DNA of 64,000 bases from the NCBI GenBank assembly GCA_003211535.1, contig QCSJ01000001.1, positions 8,253 to 72,252 on the forward strand, in the 5' to 3' direction. Made by a program: the position numbers and the translations under genes. Below are positions 22,871 to 34,584 of the stretch, one piece after another. The number at the start of each line of letters is the position of its first letter. Within the stretch, counting starts at the first letter, position 1. Under the pieces are notes generated by a model. It saw only the letters and a program-made list of their open reading frames with translations. It had not been told where the DNA came from and searched no databases. The stretch is from Synechococcus sp. AG-670-A05. Lineage in GTDB: Bacteria; Cyanobacteriota; Cyanobacteriia; PCC-6307; Cyanobiaceae.

Positions 22871-23860
22871 GTGTGTCCGGCGATCCTAGGTACGATGTCG
22901 GAGCCGCCCACCAATTCCGATCAGCAGCTGAGTAAAGCGCTGAAGCAACGGGCACAAGCCGAGGGATTTTCGCCAGTTGGAATCGCGCGGGTTCCCGGAA
23001 GTACGAGACTCCAGCTCAGAACGGCTGCGTTACAGCGTTGGCTGGAAGCCGGTCATCAAGCGGACATGGGTTGGATGGCCGCACCCCGCAGAAAGGATCC
23101 GACAACCCTTCTGAATGGCGCCCGCAGCCTTCTGGCCGTGGGACTCAACTACTACGTGGACGTGCAAGCGACACCAGGTTCACTCCGCGTTGCGCGTTAT
23201 GGGTGGGGAAGGGACTACCACCGAGTGGTGGATCAGCGGCTCCGCCGGGTAGGCCGTTGGTTATCAGACCAGCGGCCGGACTGCACATGGAAAGCGTGCG
23301 TTGATTCCGCTCCATTGCTGGACAAAGCCTGGGCGGAGGAAGCCGGTCTGGGCTGGATAGGAAAACACAGCAACCTCATCACCAGCCAACGTGGATCGTG
23401 GCTGGTGATCGGCCACCTGCTCACCAGCCTGGATCTTGAAGCGGATGAGCCGGCCCGAAGTCTCTGCGGTCGATGCAGGGCCTGTATTGATGCCTGTCCG
23501 ACAGACGCCATCACGGAACCGTTCGTCGTTAATTCCCGCCGATGCATCGCATATCACACGATCGAAAATCGTGATGCCGAGCTTCCAGGTCGGATTGCTG
23601 ATGCCCTTGGCCCCTGGGTCGCCGGCTGCGACATCTGCCAGGAGGTCTGTCCTTGGAACCACAAGCAATTGCCGAGTAGTGACGACCCCGAGTTGCAACC
23701 AAGCCCCTGGCTTCTCAATCTCCACAAGGAAACCCTGGACAGCTGGAACGACTCAACCTGGAACACCAACTTGCAGGGTTCGGCGCTGCGCCGAATCAAA
23801 CCTTGGATGTGGCGACGCAACGCTGCGGCAGCACAACCGGATGCTCCCTCTAGCCTTTGA
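22871..23860 (+). CDS. queG: Epoxyqueuosine reductase
   Basis: YGWGRDYH, GLGWIGKHS, CGRCRACIDACPT and GCDICQEVCPWN motifs; likely start ATG 22895. Confidence 0.95.
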   Translation: MCPAILGTMSEPPTNSDQQLSKALKQRAQAEGFSPVGIARVPGSTRLQLRTAALQRWLEAGHQADMGWMAAPRRKDPTTLLNGARSLLAVGLNYYVDVQATPGSLRVARYGWGRDYHRVVDQRLRRVGRWLSDQRPDCTWKACVDSAPLLDKAWAEEAGLGWIGKHSNLITSQRGSWLVIGHLLTSLDLEADEPARSLCGRCRACIDACPTDAITEPFVVNSRRCIAYHTIENRDAELPGRIADALGPWVAGCDICQEVCPWNHKQLPSSDDPELQPSPWLLNLHKETLDSWNDSTWNTNLQGSALRRIKPWMWRRNAAAAQPDAPSSL

Positions 23861-23879
23861 AAATTACTGAGCTCAACGC

Positions 23880-24761
23880 GTGCCGATCAACAGGATTCGT
23901 GAACGCTTCCTGGCTGCATTATTTAGCATTGCAGTCGTGGCCGGAGGGCCGGCTGCTCAAGCCATCACTCCTTATGTCTACGTCCCGAGTTCAGAAGAAC
24001 TTAAGGGATCGGCCCTCGGAATTGGACGTACGGCAGCCCAGCTGCTTCAAATGGGTCAACCGGAGCAAGCGGCAAAATTGGCGGCCCTGGCCGTGCGTCT
24101 GGATCCGCAGGATGAACGGCTTTGGTCGATCCTCGCTGAAGCGCAACTACGAAGTAACGACCTTGATCAAGCAGGCCAATCCCTGGCCCGTGCCAAGGAG
24201 CTCAAACCAGACAAGGCCGGCCTCTGGTTTGCTCAAGGTGCTCTTGCTCTCAGAGACGAGCGACCAGAAGAGGCCGTTCCTCTCATTCAACGGGGGCTGG
24301 AGCTTGATCCCAAAAACCCTGCTGCTTATTTCGATCTCGGCAATGCCCGAGTCATGATGGATGATCTGTCCAGCGCCCTGAGATCCTTTGAACAAGCTAC
24401 AAGCCTGAAGCCAGACTTTTGGGAAGCGCTCAACAATCAAGCCCTCGTATTGTACGAAATGGGAAAAGCCGATGAAGCAATCCGGCGCTGGCGAGATGTG
24501 CTCAAGATCGAAGAAAACGCTGAACCATTACTTGCTCTCGCAGCAGCACTCCACCAACAAGGACACGTTTCGGAGGTTTCCATAGAGATGGCTCGTGAGG
24601 CCCTCAACAAAGAACCCAATTACGTTTTGACCCCTCATCAAATTGAACAACTATGGGGCATCAAGATCCGCCAGGCCGCAGCCGAGCTTTTGGCTTCGCC
24701 GGAGATGGACAGCAGTGTTGAACGCGCCCGGGCGAACGCAACCTGGAAAAAACGCCAGTGA
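23880..24761 (+). CDS. Tetratricopeptide repeat protein (exported)
   Basis: Signal peptide (AQA); multiple TPR-like repeats (AYFDLGNA, EALNNQALVLY). Confidence 0.88.
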   Translation: MPINRIRERFLAALFSIAVVAGGPAAQAITPYVYVPSSEELKGSALGIGRTAAQLLQMGQPEQAAKLAALAVRLDPQDERLWSILAEAQLRSNDLDQAGQSLARAKELKPDKAGLWFAQGALALRDERPEEAVPLIQRGLELDPKNPAAYFDLGNARVMMDDLSSALRSFEQATSLKPDFWEALNNQALVLYEMGKADEAIRRWRDVLKIEENAEPLLALAAALHQQGHVSEVSIEMAREALNKEPNYVLTPHQIEQLWGIKIRQAAAELLASPEMDSSVERARANATWKKRQ

Positions 24762-24806
24762 ACATCTGTAGGCTAAGCGCCTTCCGCGAGTGGTACGGCG
24801 GACGAC

Positions 24807-27281
24807 ATGGCTGAGGAGCGCGTTGAATCGATTGCCCTGCATCAGGAGATGCAGCGCTCTTATCTCGAATACGCCATGAGTGTGATCGTGGGCCGGGCCC
24901 TGCCCGATGCCCGCGATGGCCTGAAACCAGTTCAAAGACGGATTCTTTATGCCATGCAGGAACTGGGGTTGACCCCAGATCGGCCTTACCGCAAGTGCGC
25001 TCGCGTCGTCGGGGATGTACTCGGTAAGTACCACCCCCATGGCGATCAAGCGGTGTACGACGCCTTGGTCCGGCTCGTTCAGACCTTTGCAAGTCGTCAC
25101 CCACTCCTGGATGGCCACGGAAACTTCGGATCCGTCGACGATGATCCGCCGGCAGCCATGCGTTACACCGAAACGCGCCTGGCTCCGATCGCGCACCAGG
25201 CTTTGCTGGAGGAGATCGGTGATGACACGGTTGATTTCGCGCCGAATTTCGATGGGTCTCAACAGGAACCCACGGTTCTGCCGGCGCAATTGCCCTTTCT
25301 TTTGCTGAACGGATGTTCCGGCATTGCTGTCGGAATGGCCACCAGCATCCCTCCCCACAACCTCGGTGAAGTGGTGGATGGCCTGGTGGCCTTGATTCGT
25401 CAGCCGGAACTGGGGGACAAAAAACTGCTGGAACTCATTCCAGGGCCAGATTTTCCCACTGGTGGGGAGGTGCTTCTGAGCAGTGGATTACGCGACACTT
25501 ACCTGGTCGGACGCGGCAGCATCCCGATGCGAGGTGTTGCTCACATCGAAGAAGTGCAACCGGGGAAAGGCCGTCATAAACGCAATGCTGTTGTGGTAAC
25601 AGAACTTCCTTATCAGCTGAGCAAAGCCGGCTGGATTGAAAAACTGGCGGAATCGGTCAACGACGGCAAGATCGGAGGCATCGCCGACATCCGCGATGAA
25701 AGCGATCGCGATGGAATGCGGGTGGTGGTGGAGCTGCGCCGTGATGCCGATCCAGCCAAAGTGCTGAGAGACCTGCAGCGGCGCACAGCACTGCAGAGCA
25801 ACTTCGGAGCCATCCTGCTGGCCCTTGTGGATGGACAACCACGCCAGCTCTCGTTGCGTCAGCTACTTCAGACATTCCTTGATTACAGGGAACTGACCCT
25901 GATCCGGCGCACCAGCCATGCCCTGCGCAAAACAGAGGATCGACTCGAGGTGGTCGACGGCTTGATCACCGCACTGAACAACCTTCAAGCTGTGATCAGC
26001 ATGATTCAGGAAGCAAGGGATGCTGCCTCTGCGCGAGCCAGCCTCATGGTGCGCCTCGATCTCAGTGAACGGCAGGCCGACGCCGTTCTGGCGATGCCAC
26101 TGCGCCGCTTGACGGGTCTCGAACAGGAAAGCCTGCGTCAGGAACTGGACGAGTTACGAGCAGAGCGGGAGCGTCTGCGACTGTTGCTGGACAACCGCGA
26201 TCAGTTGCTCGATGCCATGGTCGATGAACTGAAGACGTTGAAAAAACGCTTCAGCACACCTCGTCGGACACGCCTGGTGGAGGGCGGCGATGCCCTCATC
26301 GCTGAACGGGCTGCCAGCCAGCGACCCAACACCGAACTGCTGCGTCAGCAGGCCCTGGCAGCACTGCCCGCCGATGCCCGCCTGCTGATCCAGGCTGATG
26401 GACAGGTGAAGGTGGTGAGCCCCCAGGTGCTGGGCCGCATGCACTTGTCTGAGGCCTGTCCCGTGGGCGACCATCCCTCACCGGCACAGCTCATTCTTCC
26501 GATCGAACCATCACCGCGGCTTCTCGGGGTGAGTGCCAGTGGTCGAGTCGCTTTGATCCGTTGGGAATTCGCCGGACAACAGCCTGGATCTCTGGAGAAA
26601 TTTCTACCCAGTGGACTGGACGGTGATCCCGTGATCGCCATCACACAACTCCCGGCCGGAGACTGCTCGGAGCTGAGCCTTGGCCTGCTCAGCAATGATG
26701 GACGTTTCAAGCGACTTCCCCTGACGGAGGTTCTGGATCTTTCCGGCCGAGCCACCAGCATGGTGAAACTGAAGGAAGGAGTACGACTTTGTTCGGCTGT
26801 AATTTGTCGTGAACACAGCGACCTAGTGCTGGTCAGCAGCATGGGGCGTTTGCTGAGGCTGCCGGTGAATGATTCCGTACTGCCCAAAATGGGACGCCTG
26901 GCCCAGGGACCGATGACCATGCGTCTCCTTCCAGGGGAAGAGCTGGTGGGAAGCCTGTCCATCAACGTCGCTGAAACGGATCCAACCCTTCTGCTCGTGA
27001 GCCGTCAGGGTCAGATGACGCGAATCGACCTCACTCCCCTACGGCGTTGCCAACGCGGAGATCTGGGAATTATGGCGGTGGTCCTCAGTTCGGATGAAGA
27101 TGCTGTGATTGGTCTCAGTTCCGGAGCAGCTCTGGCAGGGATCGTGACCGATCGAAATCGTCATGGACGGGTGGACGCCGGTGCGGTGGACCTTGCTGCT
27201 GCCAGCAAGACCTGGATAGGTCAACTGAAACTAGATAGCGGAGAGCAGGTTGTTTCCGTGGTTGCCCTGCAAAACCCCTGA
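24807..27281 (+). CDS. gyrA: DNA gyrase/topoisomerase IV subunit A (second, ParC-like cyanobacterial paralogue)
   Basis: [22 protein letters not shown] and AAMRYTE (catalytic Tyr); divergent C-terminal pinwheel with no canonical GyrA-box. Confidence 0.9.
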   Translation: MAEERVESIALHQEMQRSYLEYAMSVIVGRALPDARDGLKPVQRRILYAMQELGLTPDRPYRKCARVVGDVLGKYHPHGDQAVYDALVRLVQTFASRHPLLDGHGNFGSVDDDPPAAMRYTETRLAPIAHQALLEEIGDDTVDFAPNFDGSQQEPTVLPAQLPFLLLNGCSGIAVGMATSIPPHNLGEVVDGLVALIRQPELGDKKLLELIPGPDFPTGGEVLLSSGLRDTYLVGRGSIPMRGVAHIEEVQPGKGRHKRNAVVVTELPYQLSKAGWIEKLAESVNDGKIGGIADIRDESDRDGMRVVVELRRDADPAKVLRDLQRRTALQSNFGAILLALVDGQPRQLSLRQLLQTFLDYRELTLIRRTSHALRKTEDRLEVVDGLITALNNLQAVISMIQEARDAASARASLMVRLDLSERQADAVLAMPLRRLTGLEQESLRQELDELRAERERLRLLLDNRDQLLDAMVDELKTLKKRFSTPRRTRLVEGGDALIAERAASQRPNTELLRQQALAALPADARLLIQADGQVKVVSPQVLGRMHLSEACPVGDHPSPAQLILPIEPSPRLLGVSASGRVALIRWEFAGQQPGSLEKFLPSGLDGDPVIAITQLPAGDCSELSLGLLSNDGRFKRLPLTEVLDLSGRATSMVKLKEGVRLCSAVICREHSDLVLVSSMGRLLRLPVNDSVLPKMGRLAQGPMTMRLLPGEELVGSLSINVAETDPTLLLVSRQGQMTRIDLTPLRRCQRGDLGIMAVVLSSDEDAVIGLSSGAALAGIVTDRNRHGRVDAGAVDLAAASKTWIGQLKLDSGEQVVSVVALQNP

Positions 27282-28745
27282 TCAGGAACGAGCTGCAATC
27301 CCCGCTGGCTCCATCATCAATTTACTGGACAGGAGCTTTTGATCCATAGAAATAGGGTACTCACCGTCAAAACATGCACTGCAGAAATGGCCTGATTCAG
27401 CCTTCGCCGCTTCAAGCATTCCCTCCTTGCTGAGATAGGCAAGCGAGTCCACCTTAAGGTGATCCTTGATCTCCTCAAGGGTCATCTGTGCCGCAATCAG
27501 CTGGTCCTGAGTGTCGGTGTCGATCCCGTAAAAGCAGGGATGAGTGACCGGAGGAGAACTGATACGCATGTGCACCTCGGTGGCACCGGCATCACGAAGA
27601 GCGATCACCAATTTGCGACTTGTGGTGCCACGAACAATCGAATCGTCGATCACGATCAAGCGTTTGCCCGCCAGAACATCCGGCAGAGGATTGAGCTTCA
27701 CACGAATGCCCGCTTCCCGCATCGCCTGGGTGGGCTGGATGAAGGTACGACCGACGTAACGGTTCTTGATCAGACCATCGCCGTAGGGGATGCCGCATTC
27801 TTGGGAAAAACCGATAGCGGCAGGGATGCCCGAATCAGGAACACCGATCACCAGATCAGCATCCACACAGGACTCACGGGCAAGGGTGCGACCGATGCGC
27901 TGGCGGTAGCTGTACAGCGACTCACCGAAGAACTGGCTGTCGGGCCTGGCGAAATAGATCATCTCGAACACACACAGCCGATTCGGCTCTTCACTCCAGC
28001 GCTGACGCTCTGGCTCAGGGGAACCGAGCTCAAAGCGCACCAATTCACCGGGCTGGACATCGTCCACATAACGGGCACCGATGATCTCCAATCCACAGGT
28101 CTCACTGCTCACCACCCAGTGACCGAAAGCTGGATCCCCAAGGGTGCCGAATACCAGGGGACGAATGCCATGACCATCCCGCACAGCAAACAGACCATCC
28201 GGCGTCCCGATCACAAGGCTGAACGCACCGAGACAAAGCTTGAGGGCAGCCTCAATAGCGGCTGTCCAGTCGAGGCCACGATCCACCGCCTGCTGCACAG
28301 CAAAGGCGATCAGTTCCGAATCCGTGGTTGACGTGAACTCGGCCTGCCCGTCATCCAACAGCTGCCGCAATTCGCGGGCATTCACCAGATTGCCGTTGTG
28401 AGCGAGGGCAAAGGCCCCCAGCCGGGTCATCAAAACGACGGGCTGGGCATTGCAAACCCGACTGCTGCCGGTAGTGGAGTAGCGGTTGTGGCCGATAGCC
28501 AGGTCCCCCGGCATCCTGGCCAGCACGTCCTGGTCAAACACCTGGCTGACCAGTCCCATGTCTTTATGGAGGCGCACTTTGCCCTCGTTGAACACCGCGA
28601 TCCCTGCCGATTCCTGGCCACGGTGCTGCAACGCGTAAAGACCGAAATAAGCCAGGTTCGCCACCGGTTGTTCCCCGGCCAGAACGGCGAAGACACCACA
28701 GGCCTCTTCCATCCGATCGGGACGCTCCGCCTCCAGCACATGCAC
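27282..28745 (-). CDS. purF: Amidophosphoribosyltransferase
   Basis: Propeptide then EEACGV; LQHRGQESAG, HNRYST, VPDSG, DDSIVRGTT and PCFYGID motifs; start taken as GTG 28745. Confidence 0.96.
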   Translation of the reverse strand: MHVLEAERPDRMEEACGVFAVLAGEQPVANLAYFGLYALQHRGQESAGIAVFNEGKVRLHKDMGLVSQVFDQDVLARMPGDLAIGHNRYSTTGSSRVCNAQPVVLMTRLGAFALAHNGNLVNARELRQLLDDGQAEFTSTTDSELIAFAVQQAVDRGLDWTAAIEAALKLCLGAFSLVIGTPDGLFAVRDGHGIRPLVFGTLGDPAFGHWVVSSETCGLEIIGARYVDDVQPGELVRFELGSPEPERQRWSEEPNRLCVFEMIYFARPDSQFFGESLYSYRQRIGRTLARESCVDADLVIGVPDSGIPAAIGFSQECGIPYGDGLIKNRYVGRTFIQPTQAMREAGIRVKLNPLPDVLAGKRLIVIDDSIVRGTTSRKLVIALRDAGATEVHMRISSPPVTHPCFYGIDTDTQDQLIAAQMTLEEIKDHLKVDSLAYLSKEGMLEAAKAESGHFCSACFDGEYPISMDQKLLSSKLMMEPAGIAARS

Positions 28746-28770
28746 TGAGCGCCTCAACTTCAGTCTTACT

Positions 28771-31077
28771 TCAGGATTCTGCCTCACCCCCGATCCGGCG
28801 CGGCAATCCCTTCTGGTGGGCACGCTTCAGCTCAGTCACGGACAGCTGTAGATGCCTGTCGCCGCCTTGGATCCGGAATGCTTCGCCATCCGTTACGACA
28901 CCGAGTTCGGTGATGGGAACCGTCGATTCAGCCGCAAGCTGATCCCACTGCTGCCGACATTCAGCCTTCACGGAGATCGCCACCCGAGCACCACCTTCAG
29001 CAAAGAGAGCCCGTGTCAGACATTCGATGGACACATCAAGCCACAACGCCACGCCAAACCCAGAAGCAATGCTGCTTTCCGCCAGGGCCACAGCAAGACC
29101 ACCATCACTGCTGTCGTGGGCAGAAGCTAATACCCCAACCGTAATGGCCCGCCGCAACAACTCCTGAACCGCACGTTCCAACGCGAAGTCGACCCGCGGT
29201 GGGCGACCCGCCAACACCCCGCTGACCTGCATCTGATAACTGCTGCCAGCAAGGCCCAGACGATCATCGTTCTGTTCATACGGTGCCACCCCCAGCAACA
29301 GCACCGCATCACCGGGTTGGCGCCAACCCAGACCAACCACCCGCTCAATGTTCTCCACCAACCCGACCATCCCGATCACCGGGGTTGGATGGATCGGTTG
29401 CAGGGTGCCATCGTCGCGACGGGTCTCGTTGTAGAGAGAGACATTGCCACCTGTGACCGGTGTGTCGAGAGCACGGCAGGCGTCCGCAATCCCCCGGCAC
29501 GCCATAGCGAGCTGCCAGTAGCCCTTCGGAGTTTCCGGTGAAGGAAAGTTGAGGTTGTCGGTGATCGCCAGCGGTTCGGCACCCACGCAGCTCAGGTTGC
29601 GGGCAGCTTCGGCAACAGCGGCCTGCGCACCACGCTCCGGGTCCAAAGCTACCCAACGGTTCGGGCAATCCACCGTGACGGCCACCCCCCTCTGCACGGT
29701 TGCCATAGATCCCTCTCCCTGCTGCGGCCGCAAACGCACCACAGCTGCATCCGCTACACCGGAAGACACCACGGTGTTTGCGAGAACCTGCTGGTCGTAC
29801 TGGCGATGCACCCAGCGCTTGCTAGCGATGGTCGGATCATCCAGAAGCTTCAGCAGAACAGCCGCCGGGTCCTCCAATGCAGGCAGCTGACTCTCCTTCC
29901 ATTGCCAGAGCTCCTGAAGATCCGCAGGGGGCTCCTTCAACAGCTCGTGCTGCTCGATCGGCGTGTCATCCGCCAGGGCAGTGGCCGGCACCTCGGCAGC
30001 GACGTCGCCGTGATGCAGCACGCGCACCACAGGTTCCTGCAACACCTGACCCACCACGGCGGCCTGCAGACCCCAGCGTCGGAAGCGCTGCATCAGTGTG
30101 TCCTCGCGACCAGCCTTCACGACAAACAACATCCGCTCCTGAGACTCCGAAAGGAGGAACTCGTAAGCCGTCATGCCGTCTTCGCGAGCCGGCACCCGAT
30201 CGAGATCAAGCTCAACCCCCAGGCCACCCTTCGCCGCCATCTCCGAACAGCTGCAGGTAAGTCCGGCAGCCCCCATGTCCTGAGCTGCAACCACATCACC
30301 ACTTGCAAATGCCTCCAGACAGGCCTCGATCAACCCCTTCTCCAGGAAAGGATCACCCACCTGAACCGCAGGACGGTCATCCAGGGAATCAGCACTTAGT
30401 TCAGCACTGGCGAAGCTGGCGCCGCCCATACCATCCCGGCCGGTGGTGCTGCCCACATAGACCACAGGATTGCCCACCCCCTGAGCGCCGGACTTGACGA
30501 TCTCCTCGGTCTCCATCAGACCCAGCGCCATGGCATTCACCAGGGGATTGCCCCCATAGGAGGGATCAAAAGCCACTTCACCGCCCACGGTGGGCACCCC
30601 AACGCAATTGCCGTAATGGGCAATGCCGGCCACAACGCCCTCGATCAAGCCGACGTTGACGGGATCCTCAAGGGGTCCGAAACGCAACGCGTTGAGCAAC
30701 GCGATCGGGCGGGCTCCCATGGTGAAGATGTCGCGCAAGATCCCGCCAACCCCGGTGGCGGCCCCTTGAAAGGGCTCCACCGCTGATGGGTGGTTGTGGC
30801 TTTCAATCTTGAAGGCCAGCCGATGGCCATCCCCCAGATCAACCACGCCAGCGTTCTCGCCTGGACCCACCAGGATCCTCGGTCCTTCCGTTGGAAACCC
30901 ACCCAACAACGGCCTTGAGTTGCGGTAACAGCAGTGTTCAGACCACATCACTCCGAACATTCCCAACTCGGCACGGTTGGGCTCCCGTCGAAGCCGTCGA
31001 CAGATCTCCTGCCAATCCGACGGTTTGAGACCTTCCTGTTTCAGAGCCGCACTGACGTCGTAGGCAGGGGATGACAC
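28771..31077 (-). CDS. purL: Phosphoribosylformylglycinamidine synthase subunit PurL
   Basis: [30 protein letters not shown] and GGNVSLYN motifs. Confidence 0.97.
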   Translation of the reverse strand: MSSPAYDVSAALKQEGLKPSDWQEICRRLRREPNRAELGMFGVMWSEHCCYRNSRPLLGGFPTEGPRILVGPGENAGVVDLGDGHRLAFKIESHNHPSAVEPFQGAATGVGGILRDIFTMGARPIALLNALRFGPLEDPVNVGLIEGVVAGIAHYGNCVGVPTVGGEVAFDPSYGGNPLVNAMALGLMETEEIVKSGAQGVGNPVVYVGSTTGRDGMGGASFASAELSADSLDDRPAVQVGDPFLEKGLIEACLEAFASGDVVAAQDMGAAGLTCSCSEMAAKGGLGVELDLDRVPAREDGMTAYEFLLSESQERMLFVVKAGREDTLMQRFRRWGLQAAVVGQVLQEPVVRVLHHGDVAAEVPATALADDTPIEQHELLKEPPADLQELWQWKESQLPALEDPAAVLLKLLDDPTIASKRWVHRQYDQQVLANTVVSSGVADAAVVRLRPQQGEGSMATVQRGVAVTVDCPNRWVALDPERGAQAAVAEAARNLSCVGAEPLAITDNLNFPSPETPKGYWQLAMACRGIADACRALDTPVTGGNVSLYNETRRDDGTLQPIHPTPVIGMVGLVENIERVVGLGWRQPGDAVLLLGVAPYEQNDDRLGLAGSSYQMQVSGVLAGRPPRVDFALERAVQELLRRAITVGVLASAHDSSDGGLAVALAESSIASGFGVALWLDVSIECLTRALFAEGGARVAISVKAECRQQWDQLAAESTVPITELGVVTDGEAFRIQGGDRHLQLSVTELKRAHQKGLPRRIGGEAES

Positions 31078-31121
31078 GCGGGACTGACCAGCAGCTGTCC
31101 CCAGTGTTGCCGACGGCGGGA

Positions 31122-31847
31122 TCAGACCCAGGGATCCTCGTCCCGCTGACGTCGACCATCCCGCCAGCCTTCCTCGTCCCAGATCTCAGGCCCGTCTTGG
31201 GAGGGTGGTTGTGGCGGTTCAGAACGCTCCGTTTCATCCCAAGGGGGGGCGTCCAGCCAACCCTCCAGTCGATCACCAGCCCGATCGCCCATGTCAAGCA
31301 ACTGTTCTCGCCACCGCTGGGTGCGGCGCAACAGATCCTGCCGAACGCTGGCGCGGGTCAAAGGCAGATCATCAAGCTCGGTCAATGCGGTGATCACCTG
31401 GCCGGGTTGGTTGTCCACGATGCGATCCGGCGTCAGCCGCCAGCGGGAGCTGCCCGGAAGACGTGGATCGCTGCGGGCCACGAGGTAATGGGCAATAGCT
31501 CCGGTCGAGGGGTCGAACACGAGGTCCACCACTGCACCCAGGCGCTCCCCATCACGTGCACACAGATCCGACTCCAACAGGGTTGGCAACCGCTCCAAGG
31601 TGACCGGATCCGTGACCGCAGGCTCGCCTCGTACATAGACCTGCTGATCAGTGAAACCACAGCATTGATCAAGGCGCCAGACCTCACGGGTCATACGCAA
31701 AGCCGAGGGACGACTCACCCAACCCAACAGACGATGCACCGGTGGATGAATCCAACCCATCACACCAGGGCCATGGTCAAGGCCCAGATCGCAGCGCACG
31801 GTGTGCTGCAACAAATCACTCAGCAGAAGCTGGTCGGGAAGCGCCAA
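31122..31847 (-). CDS. PRC-barrel domain protein
   Basis: [21 protein letters not shown]-barrel pattern; position downstream of dnaN; C-terminal DEDPWV. Confidence 0.8.
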   Translation of the reverse strand: MALPDQLLLSDLLQHTVRCDLGLDHGPGVMGWIHPPVHRLLGWVSRPSALRMTREVWRLDQCCGFTDQQVYVRGEPAVTDPVTLERLPTLLESDLCARDGERLGAVVDLVFDPSTGAIAHYLVARSDPRLPGSSRWRLTPDRIVDNQPGQVITALTELDDLPLTRASVRQDLLRRTQRWREQLLDMGDRAGDRLEGWLDAPPWDETERSEPPQPPSQDGPEIWDEEGWRDGRRQRDEDPWV

Positions 31848-31848
31848 C

Positions 31849-33006
31849 TCAGGAGCGGATCTGAACCGGCATCACGAGGTAAGTGAATCCATCACTGTCC
31901 TCCACAGGACGCAGCACCGCCGGAGTGGTGGGAGCATTGCAGTGAAGAACCACCCGATCTCCGGCCATGGCTTTCAGACCATCCAGCATGTAGCGGACAT
32001 TGAACGCGATCTGAATCGCATCGCCGCTGAGCTCAGCGGCCAGAGACTCGGAGCCACTGCCCACATCCTGTGCGTCAGCACTGATCAGCACCACACTGGA
32101 TTCAGGCTGACTACTGAATTTGACGACGTTGTTGTGCTGATCCGCTAGCACGGCAATACGTTCGAGCGCTCCCACCAGGGCACGGCGATCCATGGTCAAC
32201 GTGCGGCTGAACCCATCAGGAATCAGCTGGCGGTAGTTTGGATAAGTCCCCTCCAGCGTCCGACTGGTGACCATCTGATCAGCCGCCAGGAATACCACCT
32301 GCCCGCGGTCACAGAAAAGACTGATCGGATTTTCTGAGCGCCAACCAGCCATAAGGCGTTCTACCTCGCGCAGAGATCGTGCCGGCAGGGTCACGGCAAA
32401 GACAGATTCGTCAGCCTGCGAGCCATTAGCCGCAGCCAGGAGGGCATCCTCAACCTGCAGCACGGCCAATCGATGACCATCGGTGGCGGCGGCCTCAAGA
32501 TTTTTATCGGTGAAGCTGAGATGTACGCCTGTCAACAACTGCTTGGCTTCATCACCGCTGCTGGCGAACAGGGTTCCTTTGAGCGCCTGAACCAACCCGG
32601 AAGCCTGCAACTGGAGGGTCATGCCGCTTTCCACCATTGGCAGATCGGGGTAGTCCTCGGCTGGCATGCCCCGCATCTTGTAGCTACCGCTCAGGCTAGT
32701 GAGTTGAACCTGCTCACCAGACTCCTCCGTGGAGAGTGTGAGCGGTGAATCACTCGCTAGTCGCGAGACGATCTCACCGAGCAGTCGGGCAGGCAGCGTG
32801 ATGGCTCCACTGGTTTCAACGCTGGCAGCGAGCGACGTCTGGATGCCGAGGTTGAGATCAAATCCCGTCAGGCTGAGACGGCCAGTTCCGGCATCGGCCG
32901 TGAGCAGCACATTGGCCAGAACCGGGTGGGTGGGACGTGTCGCCACGGCGCGGCTCACGAGCTGCAGAGCGGCGTTGAGTTCGGACTGGGAGCACACCAC
33001 CTTCAT
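31849..33006 (-). CDS. dnaN: DNA polymerase III beta sliding clamp
   Basis: HPVLANVLL, AATDGHRL, LEGTYPNY and YLVMPV motifs. Confidence 0.97.
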   Translation of the reverse strand: MKVVCSQSELNAALQLVSRAVATRPTHPVLANVLLTADAGTGRLSLTGFDLNLGIQTSLAASVETSGAITLPARLLGEIVSRLASDSPLTLSTEESGEQVQLTSLSGSYKMRGMPAEDYPDLPMVESGMTLQLQASGLVQALKGTLFASSGDEAKQLLTGVHLSFTDKNLEAAATDGHRLAVLQVEDALLAAANGSQADESVFAVTLPARSLREVERLMAGWRSENPISLFCDRGQVVFLAADQMVTSRTLEGTYPNYRQLIPDGFSRTLTMDRRALVGALERIAVLADQHNNVVKFSSQPESSVVLISADAQDVGSGSESLAAELSGDAIQIAFNVRYMLDGLKAMAGDRVVLHCNAPTTPAVLRPVEDSDGFTYLVMPVQIRS

Positions 33007-33441
33007 CGTGCTGCAGACCTTGTCGCTGGGTGTCGGTGCCCCACGGTTTCACAGCTGACAAAGAAGTGCAATGGCTGGTTTTTCACACCCGTCGTTCGGC
33101 TGTTTAGTTCTAGTTCTCTTAAAGAATTAAAACCAAAACCGTCGTAGTAGGACCTGGGGAAACGGGGAAAACAGGCTCTAATCTCAGTTGTGGCCAAAGC
33201 TAAGAGCAGCACTTGGCTGGGGAGGACGGATGAACTGTTGTGGAGGGGCAGTGCGTTCTCCACTTCTCCACCGCCTGTGGAAAGGTGAGCGTGGTTTCTA
33301 GCTTTCAATTTGGTCGTTGTTTCCCCAGGTTGTTGAACAGTCTTTCGGCGGTGCTCCCCAGTCAGTTTGTGCGTTGGCCCGCGGTTCAGGCGCAAAACAA
33401 GACTCCTTGAGGGGGTCCATCGAGGGGGTGGAGCTGCTGAT
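33007..33441. other. Probable replication origin (oriC)
   Basis: 435-bp intergenic region between dnaN and thrC. AT-rich tract 33102-33140. Imperfect DnaA-box-like 9-mers: TTCTCCACT 33256, TTCTCCACC 33264, TGTGGAAAG 33276, TGTGGAGGG 33239, TGTTGAACA 33331, TGGGGAAAC 33155, CGGGGAAAA 33163. By eye the + strand shifts from C/A-rich to G/T-rich across it. Confidence 0.75.
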
Positions 33442-34548
33442 TCAGAACCCCATGACGCCAGCAACTGTGGCGAGATCGGGGTTCAAATCCGTGTGGAAGG
33501 AGGCATCGTTGTTGTTGATCGCGCAATCCGGATCCTTCAGGCCATTGCCTGTGAGTACGCAGACCACGGTCGCCTCAGCCGGGATCTCATCTTTGCGCTT
33601 CAAGAGACCCGCGACGGAGGCTGCGCTGGCGGGTTCACAGAAGATGCCTTCCTGGCAACCTAGAAGCTTGTAAGCCTCAATGATTTCTGCATCGCTCACA
33701 TCCAAGAAAGCGCCGTTGCTGGCCTGACGAGCGGCGATGGCTTTGCCCCGGTTAACTGGATTACCGATACGGATCGCCGTTGCGATGGTGTCCGGATCGC
33801 TGACCGTGGTGTCGTTGACCAGTGGGGCCGAACCGCTGGCCTGGAACCCCATCATGCGCGGCAGGGTGCTGCTGTGACCAGCCTGTTGGTATTCCTGGAA
33901 TCCCATCCAGTAGGCGGTGATGTTCCCTGCATTGCCCATGGGAATGCAGAGCCAGTCCGGAGCATCACCGAGAGCATCGATGATTTCAAAGGCAGCTGTT
34001 TTTTGGCCCTGAAGTCGGTAAGGGTTCACTGAGTTGACCAGCGTCACGGGATAGTTCTCCGCTGCTTCCCGAACGATGTCCAGAGCGCGGTCGAAATTGC
34101 CGCGAATTGCTAGAACCTCAGCGCCGTAGACGAGGGCCTGGGCCAGTTTTCCCTGGGCAACGTAACCGTCTGGAATCAGCACGAAGGCCCGCATGCCGCC
34201 ACGACGGGCGTAGGCCGCTGCCGAGGCACTGGTGTTGCCGGTACTGGCGCAGATCACGGCTTCACAGCCGGCTTCCTTGGCTTTGCTGATGGCCATGGTC
34301 ATCCCCCGATCCTTGAAGGAGCCGGTTGGATTGAGTCCGTCGTATTTGACGTACACCTTCACTCCCTTGCCGATTCGCTCCTGAACGGCAGGTACAGGGA
34401 TTAGTGGCGTCGATCCTTCCCGGAGGGTGATCACCGGGGTGGTGGAGGTCACCGGTAACCAGGCTCTGTAAGCCTCGATCAGACCGGGCCAGTCCTGCAT
34501 CACAGGCGTGGCCGCTAAGCGCCGACGGAGGTTCTGGAACAGGGACAC
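33442..34548 (-). CDS. thrC: Threonine synthase
   Basis: NPTGSFKDRG (PLP Lys), ASTGNTS, PMGNAGNI and LTGNGLKD motifs. Confidence 0.96.
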   Translation of the reverse strand: MSLFQNLRRRLAATPVMQDWPGLIEAYRAWLPVTSTTPVITLREGSTPLIPVPAVQERIGKGVKVYVKYDGLNPTGSFKDRGMTMAISKAKEAGCEAVICASTGNTSASAAAYARRGGMRAFVLIPDGYVAQGKLAQALVYGAEVLAIRGNFDRALDIVREAAENYPVTLVNSVNPYRLQGQKTAAFEIIDALGDAPDWLCIPMGNAGNITAYWMGFQEYQQAGHSSTLPRMMGFQASGSAPLVNDTTVSDPDTIATAIRIGNPVNRGKAIAARQASNGAFLDVSDAEIIEAYKLLGCQEGIFCEPASAASVAGLLKRKDEIPAEATVVCVLTGNGLKDPDCAINNNDASFHTDLNPDLATVAGVMGF

Positions 34549-34584
34549 CGGATGCTGCTAGGGGTCGGGCGAAATCTACGAGGT

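Noticed and set aside
24807-27281. GyrA lacking a canonical GyrA-box
   Set aside because: Typical of the second, ParC-like cyanobacterial paralogue; ORF and catalytic Tyr are intact
31849-33441. No dnaA next to dnaN
   Set aside because: Normal for marine picocyanobacteria, where dnaA lies elsewhere; not evidence of loss by itself
33003-33673. ORFs of 153, 118 and 98 aa across the dnaN-thrC spacer
   Set aside because: No recognisable motifs; they overlap the probable origin or are antisense to thrC
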